Assembly (NCBI RefSeq): GCF_000281045.1
Contig: NW_008246077.1
Location: 216,675 to 272,768 of the forward strand
Direction of reading: 5' to 3'
Length of the DNA stretch: 56,094 nt
From: Saprolegnia diclina VS20
Taxonomy: Eukaryota
In this document: piece by piece, positions 34,987-46,402 of the stretch
Layout of the letters: each line of letters starts with the position of its first letter
Numbering within the stretch: position 1 is the stretch's first letter
The notes under the pieces: generated by a model
Seen by the model: the letters and a program-made list of their open reading frames with translations, nothing else
Databases searched by the model: none
What the model was told of the DNA's origin: nothing
Program-made: the position numbers and the translations under genes

Positions 34987-37608
34987 TTAATGTTGTTGCG
35001 GCTGGAGATCGCAGCTTGGGGCGTCGCAGAAGCGATCGGGCCCCTCTGAGGGCTTGTCGATGCCTCGAATATTCTTGAACGAAAGTGGCTCCAATGTGGC
35101 CACCAAGGCTTCATACTGGGCCTTTGAGATCGCTTCGTAAGGCATTTGGGCATACGCGCCGCTCGGCAGCTGCGGGAGCAAACTCACGCCCTTGAGTTGG
35201 TACTGGAAGAAGTTGAGCGCGTGCGCCAGCGCCGGGCCCTCGCGCTGTGGCTCGAACGTGATTGTGCAGCTCACCTGGTTGTCCGCCCAGTAGCGTTGCA
35301 AGAAAGCGGCTAGGGACAACTGCTCCCACGCCGAGACCTCCGATAGCGTGCGGATGTTTTCGCCAGCGTCGATTGGAAACGAGACGACAACCGTGGTTTT
35401 GGGGGCCTCAACTGCCGGCTCGACGTGGTACCTAATGCATCACACAATTGGCTTCAAGGATACGGCACCGCGTCGTGTACCCCGCTGCTTGAAGTGCCGA
35501 CACGAGTGGCGACGACCCATCGAGGCGCACTCGTCGCACATAGAATCGACTCTCTGGATAGTGCATGCCCGGTGTTGCGCCTGCTAGGAGACTCACGGTG
35601 CCACTGGGCTTAATACTTGTCGTCTTGATCGAGCGTGGGATGACTAGAGCGTCCGAGAACTGCTTGTCGTAGGCCTGAATGGCCTCGTAACCTTCATTGC
35701 ACCACGTTTGTAGCTCATGCAGCCCACTACAACATCACATATAGTGCCCGTGGACGCGTCGTTGGTGTACCGATGCGAGAGGAACTGCGCGACGCCACTC
35801 ATGCTGCAGCCGATGCGCCGGTTTCGCAGCATGACACGGTTCGTGGCTGGCCAGTGTGTTTGGCCCAGCGTGACAGTCTTGGCGTAGAGGTATGCGTAGC
35901 TAAAATGGTCGGTTGCACGTCATCCTATCGTCACACGCAGCTCTACCGAAGGGTCTTCTTGAAATCGTCGAGAGACGCGTGCTTGGCTGGAAAAGTTTCG
36001 ACGAGGCAACACAGCTCGTACGACTCGAGTGTTTGCTCCAAGCATGGATTGCCGCCTTTCGCGCGCGCGTCCTTGTTGTTCGGCGGATCAACCATGCGGC
36101 CTACGGCAGTTCGCACCAGTCTCTAGGGCAAGTAGCACTACCATATCGCTGCATGTTGTCGAGCCACGCAAAGCCTGGCTCTCCGTTCCTATCGTCACAC
36201 ACTGAGTGTGTCTCCTCGCGAGACGAACATGTTTTACTGGACGATGTGGTGACAAATCGGCGTGTAGTCCATGCCCAGCGAGGCAAACACCGAGTTGTTG
36301 GACGTCCAGCCGTACGCGGCGCGGTCTGGGTTGACCGTGTAGTCCTTTAGAGCAATGTACTCCTCATCCAGAGGGTCACCAAAGGCGATTTCCGCCGTCC
36401 GCCGCACGTTACCCGAGACAACACAAACGCCAATATGGTTCATGAGGTCGACGATGGCCCGCACCTACGCAGCCCATGTTTAACCTATGTATCATCACCG
36501 GAACGTACGGTCAAGGCATGTCCGACAAGCGGCTCCAGCGTGTTTCGGAGGTACTCATGGAGCGCCTGCAGCGAGGCAGGACCCGAACTCACGCCGCCAA
36601 ACCCACGGATCGGTGCGCCAGCGGGTCGAATGAGCGAGTAATCAAACGCGGGCGCCGGCCCTTTCAGCAAGTAGGCCTCAAGCAGCAACTGCACCGAAGC
36701 AACCCACCTAGTACGAAATCAATGAATGCACATCATATTCTCGATGCAACGAACCCCTCCCGGGAGTCGGGCACGACAAATGGCTCGTTGCTAGCAGGCA
36801 ATGGACGATGGACGTGTAAGGTGCCGGCGCCTTTCGTGTCAAAGCCAACGCCAACACCGAGCATTGCAGCGTCCATGAGGAAGCAAAACGGCTCGGCAGG
36901 CGACGGCCGCGTTGCCATGTCTTCGGTCGAGACAAAAGCGCAGTTATTGAGGGCGGCAAAGAGACCACGCTCGTCCGTGATCGGAGATCCCATGGCCCAG
37001 AGCCCGCGACCCGGGGGTAAGAACTGCATCTTGAAGATGCGTCTGTACATTTCGCATGCCGATGCGTTGGCCCTCGCTTCGTCCCAGCCCAGGCTGCGTT
37101 CGAGAAACCATCGCTTTTGCATGCTGTATGTTCCGTTCACGACCCGTGCCACGGTCTCGTACCTAGTGACTTTGATTACTTGAGCTACGAGAAGCTTGCG
37201 CGTACCATTGCTCCTTGGTGCCATCGATCTTCTCGCGCGAGTATGTGCGCATGTAGACGAGCTCGCCGAGGCCGTTGAAGCCGAACGGCGGTGGGTCATC
37301 GCGAAAGGATGCAACAAATCTAACACACGCGGCTGTAATTCCAGCATCGATCCGGGTTCCTACTTGTCCGAGAGGCGGAACTTGGTATCGATAGTCGCAC
37401 GAGCGTTGAGAATGCCAGAGGTTTTGCCACTACTAGGGCTTGCCAAGTCCAGGCCGCGACCACGATAAGCCGAGGCGTGGAAAGAAGGTGCACTGATCTG
37501 GCTGTCTGCAAGACGTACGGCGGCCAACGCCAGGAGGCCTCTACGTGCAGTCGATAACCCGCTTACGGGCGAGCGACCACCAAGACCCCCTGTGATGGAT
37601 CGTCGCAT
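34987..37608 (-). CDS. nrdJ: Class II (adenosylcobalamin-dependent), monomeric-type ribonucleotide reductase, 10 exons
   Basis: Spliced product contains [133 protein letters not shown] and C-terminal FCDAPSC. Nine GT-AG introns restore an open frame. Confidence 0.95.
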
Positions 37609-38340
37609 CGTTCCCGATGGCAGATGAAGATCTCAGCCTCGCTGCTCGCGATTCGTTGAAATGTGACCAATCATGTGTCGTAAGCATATTTTGTTGCATT
37701 TCGACCAATGACGGGATGGTGAGCGATCCAAACCACGTCTTGGAGAGCGCTGACGATCAATTAATTGTGTGAGAAGTTGCGCACTTGTCAAAGCGATAGC
37801 CAAACTTTAGAATATTCGGTGCAAGCAGCTCAACGTTGCCACCCACGAGCCACCACAGTCTTGAAGCAGGCTCATGAAGTAGAGAATCCTTGCTTCAATA
37901 CGGCAACTTCTAGCGAGAACTCCACGCAGCCTTCGTGCCCCGTCAAATCAGTTGACCTAACTAGAGCCCATCTCGCTCGTTTGTTGCCAACCTTCTCTCA
38001 CAGCCGCCGAGGTACTACTGGCTGGGCCCACGCCATGCCCACGCGCTGCCACGTGGGGTGTTGGTTGCGTCATCATTGGATGCGGCACTGCGTCACCTTG
38101 CTTGGGCCGCCACCCGATCGTGCTGTGTTGATGCATCAGAGGCGCGTGGCAGCCTCGCTGAAGGGATACGTCGCGAGTCGTGCCTCGCAGCCGAGTAGCG
38201 TGCCTTGCAGCCTGCCACGACTGTTTTTGGTCTCTCCAAAACTCTGTAAATGGATTAAACGAGCAATCCGATTTCAAAGGTGATTAGAAATCCAGCGACG
38301 CATTCTTGGATATTCGCAAGGAGACGCAAGCAGCTGGGCC

Positions 38341-39947
38341 ATGGCGTCGTACATGAAGGAGTCGCTGTGTATCTTCGTCCTCGGCGCGTCCGGCGACCTT
38401 GCCAAGAAGAAGGTAGATGATACTCCCAGACGCCGCAAGGAGCATGAACTCATGCATGGCGATCCTAGACGTACCCTTCGCTCCTTGAGCTCTACCTCCA
38501 TGACCACCTTCCCAAGCACACGATCATCGTCGGGTACGCGCGCAGCGAGAAGACAGACGCCGAGTTTCGAGCATCCATCGACAGCTACCTCAAGACCGAC
38601 GACAAGAACAAGAAGCAGCAGTTCCTCAACATGTGCGTCTACCGCCACGGCGGGTACGACTCGATCAAGCAGATGCGCGCCGTGAGCCAAGAGATGGTCG
38701 TGCTCGAACAGGAGACGGGACTCTCGGTGCAGAACCGCCTCTTCTACTTCGCGATCCCGCCCAATGTCTTCATCCCGACCGGGCGCACGGTCAAGGAGGC
38801 GGCGTATTCGACCCGCGGCTGGAACCGCGTCGTCGTCGAGAAGCCGTTCGGGCACGACCTGCCTTCCTTCAACGAGATGTCGCTGGGCATGAACGCCATC
38901 TTCCCGGAAGAAGAGATCTACCGCATCGACCACTACCTTGGGAAGGAAATGGTTCAGAACCTCCTCGTGCTACGTTTCGCCAACGTCAACTTTGAGCCCG
39001 TCTGGAACAGCCACCACATCTCGAGCGTCGTGATCACGTTCAAGGAAGACATTGGGACCCAGGGCCGCGGTGGGTACTTTGACTCGTACGGCATCATCCG
39101 CGACGTGATGCAGAACCACTTGCTGCAAGTGCTCTCGCTTGTCGCGATGGAGCCACCCGTGCGCTGCGCCGGGGACAACTTTGCCGACCACGTTCGCGAC
39201 GAAAAGGTCAAGCTCCTTCGCTGCATCGAGCCAATCACGCTTGACGACACGGTGCTCGGTCAATACCTTGGGAATGAGACCGAAGAAGGGTACCTCGAGG
39301 ACAAGACGGTGCCTCAAGGCTCGGTCACGCCCACGTTTGCGACCACGGTCCTCCGCATCAAGAACACGCGGTGGGACGGTGTCCCGTTTATCATGAAGGC
39401 GGGCAAGGCACTGAACGAACGCAAGGCTGAGGTCCGGATCCAGTTCAAGCCCGCGCCCGGCGCATCGCACATGTTTCCCAACATTGATATTCCTCGCAAC
39501 GAACTCGTCCTGCGCCTGCAGCCGCAGGAGGCCATGTATATGAAGACGAACGTCAAGTCACCTGGACTCAACACCGTCGCCGTTTCGAGCGAGCTGGACC
39601 TTACGTACCACGAACGGTATCTCCCAATTATATACTACACAGATGCTATAAGGCCAACCGTACGTAGGTACGCTGACACTCACATGCCCGAAGCATACAC
39701 GCGGCTGATCCTGGACGTGCTTGACGGCAAACAAGCTGCGTTTGTCCGAGACGACGAGCTTCGCGCTGCGTGGGAAATTTTCACACCGCTTCTGCACAAG
39801 ATCGAAGAAGAGAAGATCAAGCCGTTGCCGTATGCCTTTGGGTCCCGTGGGCCTCCGGAGAGCGATGCTCTCGTCGAGAAGAACGGGTTTGTGTACCACC
39901 AGGGCGAGTACTCGTGGGCCAAGTCCCGGTCGGCATCCAACTTGTAG
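38341..39947 (+). CDS. G6PD: Glucose-6-phosphate 1-dehydrogenase, 3 exons
   Basis: GASGDLAKKK|TYP, EKPFG, YRIDHYLGKEMVQN, GRGGYFDSYGIIRDVMQNHLLQ, RWDGVPF. Introns 38413-38468 and about 39618-39668. Confidence 0.98.
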
Positions 39948-40059
39948 TCGGCGATCATTTGTATAGAAGAAGACCAAAAATGTATCAAGTGCGTGGATTC
40001 ATGGTTGAATGGAGGGAGACAAGTAGGAGAAGAAAGATAGTAGTAGTGTAGGGAGTCGT

Positions 40060-40721
40060 CTAGAGCAAAAACACTTGTGGGATCGCCGCCGGTGCGGGCC
40101 GCTTTCCAGCCCTCACTGCGTCATCTTCTGCCCCTTGGTTGTTGCTCTCCATGAGATTGAGTGGGACGGTGCTACATGCAAGCAAGCATGTGACCGCTAT
40201 TGTTGGATGCACACAGACTGGGATCAGTTGTACCTCACTTGGCGCGGCTTGGTATTGTACTCGTCTTGGAGCCTCGCTTTGGCCGATGCGTCGATTCCTC
40301 GGGTCGGATGCGGAATATACTGCGGTTCGAAGCGGTTGAGCTTCTCCTGCTCCTCGTGGATCACTGCCAGCGGCTTCTTGCTTGCGCGGCCGCGCACGGC
40401 CACAGTCTCGCGGTCCATCAAGATGGTCGACGGCGACGCGCGGACAAACTGGGGCGGGCGCTTCACGCTGCTTTGACGCGCCGCAGCCTTGTCCATGGGC
40501 GTGTGGTCGTACGCTGTCGCCTGTGCGAGCTACGAAGAAGGTGGTCTCAGGCCTGTCTTCTTCGTGGCGCAGAGCACCTTTTGCCGCAGCATCTCCATCT
40601 CTTGGTTGTTGAGCCGGCCTTTGACGCCGAGCTCCAGCGGAGGTGCGGGCGACGCATGGCGCCGACGGACGTCCTCGGCGTAGACCGCCTCGAAGCTGCG
40701 CGAGAACTTGGGCGGAGGCAT
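40060..40721 (-). CDS. Hypothetical protein (weak resemblance to the UPF0193/EVG1 N-terminal half), about 3 exons
   Basis: Exons MPPPKFSRSF...KGRLNNQEMEML..., ...RFEPQYIPHPTRGIDASAKARLQDEY joined by short GT-AG introns. The 3' end is uncertain. Confidence 0.55.
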
Positions 40722-40841
40722 CGCGTTGTAATTTTAGCAGCTCGTTACAGCGCCAAGATCCAACGTGGGTTTTGACCAATCAGCACACATCACACTATTT
40801 TCAACCAATCAGCGCGTTCGACACCAAAGATACCGCTTGGA

Positions 40842-43575
40842 ATGGACAAGGCCACCGAGGGCCGTGGGGTCGAGACTCTGCACGATGAGCCGTCGACGGA
40901 CGCCGCGTCGGTCGGAAGCCTTCTTGTGAGTCTGACCAAGGAGCTCTCGACGCTCCGACTTCAGTATGGCGACTTGGAGGCTCGGAATCGCCACCTCTTT
41001 ACCGAAATGCACGCACTGCAACATGAGAAACTTGAGCTTCGCACGCACGCCGCATCCGAGGAGCAGCGTCTCCATCAAGAAATCAACGATCTTCGTAAGC
41101 TCGTGCACACGCACTTGGAAGCTCCAGGAAGTGGTATTGTGCTACCCCCGCCGCCAGCAACGAGTCCGCCCAAGAGCTCTATGGAGGACCAATACTGGCG
41201 CAAGACTGTGGCTGAAGCCGCGATGCAGGAGACCCTCGCAAAAGAGCGTGCGGCAGCGCTCGAGCTCAAGCTCTCGGAAGTTCAGGCGCGTCATTCGATG
41301 GCGCAAGATGAGGTCGAGAGCCTTCGCAGCCAAGTAGCAAATGCTCGGGTGGCCGTTGTCGAGTACGAAGATAAGGTGACGCGACTTCAGCTCGAAAACC
41401 AAACGCTGCGGAAAGAGGCTTCAAAAAGCACCGAGCTCTTGAAGCGCGGCCAGCACGATCTCGCTTCGCGGGAAGAGACCTTAAACCAAGTCCACACGCG
41501 CCTCCAGCAGGTCTCGGCCCACAACGAAGAGCTCGTCGCCGAGAGTCTTCGCATGCGCACGCTTAATGAGCAGCTCAAGTGCGAGAACGACATCTTATCC
41601 AAGGCCCAAGACGAGATCGCAGGGCTAAAGCACTCGGTCAACACACTCAAAGGTAGAAAACGGTGTGGCGCAACATGGGTCCAACTGTAGTCTAGGCACG
41701 GTAACTGCCAAGACAGCAGAAGCCAAAGCATTCCAAGCGTATGGGTCCAGCGCGCGCGAGCACCTTCAGAGCCAAGGTGCACCTTGTCGATGCGAACTTG
41801 TCGTGACGCTTCTTAGGGCTCATGTTGCAACAGCACGCTGTGTTCGAGTCGCAAGCTCTTCAAGTGGCAGAGACCGCGTTGGTGTCCGTAAGTCGACTGC
41901 GACATCTGGTTCACGAGTCGAGAGATATATTGACCAACTGGGTACCGAATCGGAGTGCTGAACAATGGCACAATTCATTCGTGTAGAAATCGGAAACTCT
42001 CTTTTTCTTGAACTTGCTCAAAACGAAAATGAGCCACGCGGGGCAGTACGTGCAGATGGCGTTCGCCGAGCACGCGCTCTTGCGGCACGCCATCTCGCAT
42101 GCAACAGACACGAATGTCCACCTCCATGACCAGCTTTGGGCCGTCCACCGCAACGCGCTACTTATCTGTCAAGTTATCAACCCCACCAACAGCAGCAGTG
42201 CAAACGACGTCGATGCGCGGCGTGTCACGGCGAACTACCTCACGGGCGAGCTTCTGTACCGACCCGAGTCTGGCGACGCAATCCGTGTGCAAGTGGACCA
42301 CATTTTCTCGAACCGGGCCAAGGAGTGGCTCAACGGCGAGTCCATCGTGCCCACGGTACAAAGTGTTCTCCACGGCTACAATGCGTGCGTCGTCACATTT
42401 CAAGGTACGAGAAGACCGATGCATGACGTCGCAGCGTGAAAGTACCTGTAGACCAACCGGAAATTGAGCGGCTGCTTCCGGACCCTATCGCACCAGCACT
42501 TACACGACCCGTCGGAACATCGGCCTTATCGCTAGTTTTCGAGCAGCTTTTCAAGCAATGCGATGCGCTCTTTGGTTTCGCGGACGTACACTGCTCTATG
42601 AGCTACCTGGGGGTCTACAGTGAAGTTGTCCACGATCTCCTCGCCGTCGATGCAGCGCCCGTCGGCGACACCGTTGTCGTTAGCACCCCGACCGTTGTCC
42701 TCGACATACGTGACGCCCACGACGCAGAGATCGCAGTCGCAGAAGGAGCCAAAAACTTTGGATGCATCTGCGAAACTTGCCCAACAATGCTGCATCTGAC
42801 TCACAAGATTGTGACGATTTGCATTACTGTGAGCCACGTCTTCTCAAACTGCACGACGAAGTCGAAGCTCCAGGTGCGTTCTACAAGCTCGCTACGGTCA
42901 CAATTAATTGCGGCTAGGTCGTCGAGTTGGCGTCCGGCATGGACTCAACAGTTGTGACAACGTGGCAAGACACGGATCGCATCCGCGCAACCATCAGTGC
43001 CGAGAACAGTTTGCTGGCGCTCACTACATGTTTGGCGGATATTCGGCAACAAGACCCGAGCTTCGTGCGATATCACGGGTCCAAACTCACGCTGATGCTC
43101 CAAGACTGCATCAGCGTCCAGGTATGGAATATTTTTGCTTTTTGAGCCACTATTGTATTGTGTGCCTCAGGCTAAGCTACTGTTGCTGAGCACCGTGCGC
43201 ACCGCTGTTGACGAGCGAGGCGTGCGTAGTCTGCACATGCTCCAGCTCTTTCGTGATGCCGTGCATCCGCCGCTGTGCATCGAAGATGACAGTGATATCT
43301 CACTGGATGCCTACTTGAACCGTGTGCCGGACGTGTACCGTTTCCAAGTTCGGTGGCAAGGCGACGTCTCTGCTTCGACTGCGCTTGTTTGCTGGGAGCA
43401 CGAACTTGACGCTATGAAGGAGCGCAACCAGAGTATTCAAGATTCGCTGGCGTCCCCCGCCGAGAGCAACCCATGCACGGGAAGTCCATCGCAAGTGGTC
43501 ACGACCAAGACCGGCAAAAAAATTAAGCGGAAATCATCCTTGAAGAGTCAAGTCAAGCGCATGCCATTTCGGTAG
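40842..43575 (+). CDS. Coiled-coil protein with a degenerate C-terminal kinesin (kinesin-14-like) motor-homology domain
   Basis: Long N-terminal coiled coil, then VDHIF, VQSVLHGYNACV, MSYLGVYSEVVHDLL, HKIVTI, SKLQVVELA, NSLLALTTCL, VRYHGSKLTLMLQDCI. Confidence 0.85.
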
Positions 43576-43752
43576 CTTGCAGTGCTCCTCGTGGGTGACC
43601 TTGGCTATAATGCCTCAGCGTAGTTTATTTTGTTGATGTTCGGAAGCAATAAAGCTCAATGAAGTCCTGGAACCTGGCCCCCATGCAGCGAAATTTGGCA
43701 CCGGCACACACAAGTGATATATGGCCGACCACATGTCGGGCCGATTACTTCA

Positions 43753-44289
43753 TTACGACAAACACGACGAATGCGGCCAACGCTCGACTTGTTTAACAAG
43801 CGTTTCGAACATGAGGTTTGGCACCGTGGCGCCAGGAACATTGGCCGGCCAAGTATGTCCCGTGCGCTTGTAGCCTCGGCGCTCGTAGAATGCGAGGATT
43901 TCGGTGCGAATCGTCAAGACGGTGATCTCAATCACTGTGACGGGCCATGTCTCCGTGAGTGTCGCTTCAGCTGTGGCCAGCAGGGCCTTCCCCAGACCGC
44001 GCCCCTGGAGACTCGGTAGGACGACAAAGAGGCCGAGGTATCCCGTAGCTTCCTTTACTTGCAGCTGGACGTTGACGCACCCCACCAGCGTCGAGTCTTC
44101 TTCCGCGAGGATGAACTTCGACGTTGTTGTCACCAAGGCTGCGACTTCGTCGGCGTCCGTCCGAGGTTCTGTGAGAAAATCTGCCTCAGTTGTCCAGCCT
44201 TCTTTGCTCGGTTCTCCTCGATAGCAGTAGTTGACGAGCGCTACAATGGCTGCTGCGTCTTCCGTTGCGGCTTCCCGGTAGCTTACCAT
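43753..44289 (-). CDS. GNAT-family N-acetyltransferase (intronless)
   Basis: YRGEPSKEGWTTEADFL, acetyl-CoA motif A LFVVLPSLQGRGLGKALL, AFYERRGYKRTG. Confidence 0.93.
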   Translation of the reverse strand: MVSYREAATEDAAAIVALVNYCYRGEPSKEGWTTEADFLTEPRTDADEVAALVTTTSKFILAEEDSTLVGCVNVQLQVKEATGYLGLFVVLPSLQGRGLGKALLATAEATLTETWPVTVIEITVLTIRTEILAFYERRGYKRTGHTWPANVPGATVPNLMFETLVKQVERWPHSSCLS

Positions 44290-44764
44290 GTTTCAAAATG
44301 AAGAGGCGCGGTCGAAACTCGTCGTGGCTTTTGAATCAAGCGCAGCCAATCCCAGCGCGTTCCCACATCTACTGCGATATAATTGGTCAGGGGCATCGAT
44401 CAAGTCAGAAATGGACCAATGGTACGTCGTGAAAAGGAGACACACGTCAAGAGACTAATTGCACCCAACATGGATGCAAGCCGCCGAGGTCCTACGTCAC
44501 GTCTATGCTGGCGCATTTGGTGGGCTATAGACATATCTCACCAATCGCGCTCTGGCCTTTAGGCCCAAGGTGAGAGCGTAAGCTGAACTCGTTCTCAAAG
44601 CACTTGGGATACGTTCTTTGGGGCATCGAGAAGTACCAGTAAATGTTTCTGCGCGACTTGGCCCGTAGGTGGCGTTGGTTTAGCCATGGCCCGCCAGTGA
44701 CACTGGCGTTCATTGGCCAAAAGTACCAAACTTATCTACGAATCAACGTGGTATCTTGAGCACC

Positions 44765-46321
44765 ATGGGCGTCGCCGAAGTCATCGTCGCTGGCGGCGCG
44801 CGCATGCTCGGACTTTCGTTCCTGCAAAAGGGCGGTACGTTTGTCATGAACATGCTCACGCTTCGTCGTTTGCCGGTGCATCTCTCGGGCGTGAGCCTCT
44901 CGCTCGAGCTTGTCCTCTCCACGACGTTCATCGTGCGCGAAGGTCTGCGGCTGGCGTCTCTCCGCGAAGAGAACCTCTCGGAGGCTATTTCGCTTCGAAA
45001 GCTGCTCAACACGGCGTGGGTATCGACCTTTGTGGGCATTCTATGCACGTTGGCCGCTGCCTTATGTATGGCACCTCGCCTGTACGACACAACCGCGGGC
45101 GACTACGATGCCTTCCAGACGTCCCTGTGGCTCTTTTGCCTCTCGGCCGCGATCGAGTACCTTACCGAGCCGCTCTACATTGTCGCGAACGCAAGTCTCA
45201 ACTTTCCGCTGCGCGTGCAGGCCCAAGGCTGGGGTTTCTTCACCAAGGCCGTCGTCCAGGTTGTCCTCGTCGTGGTCTTTGACGTGGGCATGGTTGCCTT
45301 CGGCTTCTCTCAAGTAGCGTTTGCAGTCGTACACGGTCTTGTTTACTTGCAACACTACTACCAACAACTGGGCTCTTCGCGTTTCCCGCTCACGTCCATA
45401 CTCGAGCTATTGCCGTCGCCGCGCGTGCCATTAAACCTCCCGCTGCTGACGCTCTGGGCGACGCTCTTTTTGCAGTCGTGCCTCAAGTACCTCTTGACTG
45501 AAGGCGACAAACTCATTTTGTCCGCGTTCGAGTCGTACCAGAGCATGGGGGCGTACTCGGTCGCGTTCAACATCGGGTCCCTTGCGCCGCGTCTGCTCTT
45601 CCTGCCGATTGAGGACGCGAGCAAGGCGATGTTCAGCAAGCTTCTTGCGGTGCCCGTCTCACCGTCCAGCAAAGCCGAGGCACGCACGTGGCTGCTACGG
45701 GTGCTCCAAGGCATGACGTATGTCGGTCTCATCTTTGTGTGTTTCGGCACCAACTATGCCCGCACGGCTCTGTACCTTCTCGCGGGCTACGACAAGGCGC
45801 AGGGGGATACGCCAGTCGTCCTCGCCATGTACTTTGTCTACGTCTACTTCCTCGGTCTCAACGGCATCTGCGAAGCCTTCGTCCACGCGGTCGGCGACAA
45901 GACCGCGCTCCAGCGACTTAACTCGTACCTCGTGTTTTGCTTTGTGGTCACGACTGCGAGCGCCGTCGGGCTTTTGCACATCGCGCAGCTCGGCAACATC
46001 GGCATCGTCCTCGCCAATTGCATCAACATGACGCTCCGCATCGGGTACTGTTTCTGGTACATGGTCGGCTTCTTCCAAGACGCGACCATCGCCAACCTAA
46101 TTCTCGAGACTCTGCCGCCGTGGCAAGTCAGCCTCGGTTTTGCTGCTGCTATGGGTCTCACGTTCGTCAGCGAAGGTGTCGCCCGCGGACCAAGCCTCGC
46201 TCACCACGCGCTTCACGTTGGCGTCGGTGGCGGTCTCTTTGTGATCGTTTTGATTTTGATTTGGCGCTTTGATCCGTCGTTTGTGCAATTGCTCTTGCGC
46301 AAGAAGACCAAAACGGCCTGA
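44765..46321 (+). CDS. RFT1: Man5GlcNAc2-PP-dolichol translocation protein RFT1 (intronless)
   Basis: LELVLSTTFIVREGLRLASLR, EYLTEPLY, QSCLKYLLTEGDK, YSVAFNIGSLAPRLLFLPIED, LNGICEAFV, GIVLANCINMTLRI. Many TM segments. Confidence 0.95.
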   Translation: MGVAEVIVAGGARMLGLSFLQKGGTFVMNMLTLRRLPVHLSGVSLSLELVLSTTFIVREGLRLASLREENLSEAISLRKLLNTAWVSTFVGILCTLAAALCMAPRLYDTTAGDYDAFQTSLWLFCLSAAIEYLTEPLYIVANASLNFPLRVQAQGWGFFTKAVVQVVLVVVFDVGMVAFGFSQVAFAVVHGLVYLQHYYQQLGSSRFPLTSILELLPSPRVPLNLPLLTLWATLFLQSCLKYLLTEGDKLILSAFESYQSMGAYSVAFNIGSLAPRLLFLPIEDASKAMFSKLLAVPVSPSSKAEARTWLLRVLQGMTYVGLIFVCFGTNYARTALYLLAGYDKAQGDTPVVLAMYFVYVYFLGLNGICEAFVHAVGDKTALQRLNSYLVFCFVVTTASAVGLLHIAQLGNIGIVLANCINMTLRIGYCFWYMVGFFQDATIANLILETLPPWQVSLGFAAAMGLTFVSEGVARGPSLAHHALHVGVGGGLFVIVLILIWRFDPSFVQLLLRKKTKTA

Positions 46322-46402
46322 AAACCTTGTGCGCGTAGCTATTGACCATAAAGATACGATGTGTCGGGATATGAAATGTACAGCGGCGCCGGAATATATA
46401 AA

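Noticed and set aside
25803..46321. ALG1 + RFT1 (+TAPT1/EMP65) as an N-glycosylation/ER gene cluster
   Set aside because: Separated by 17 kb and eight unrelated genes; likely coincidence without synteny evidence.
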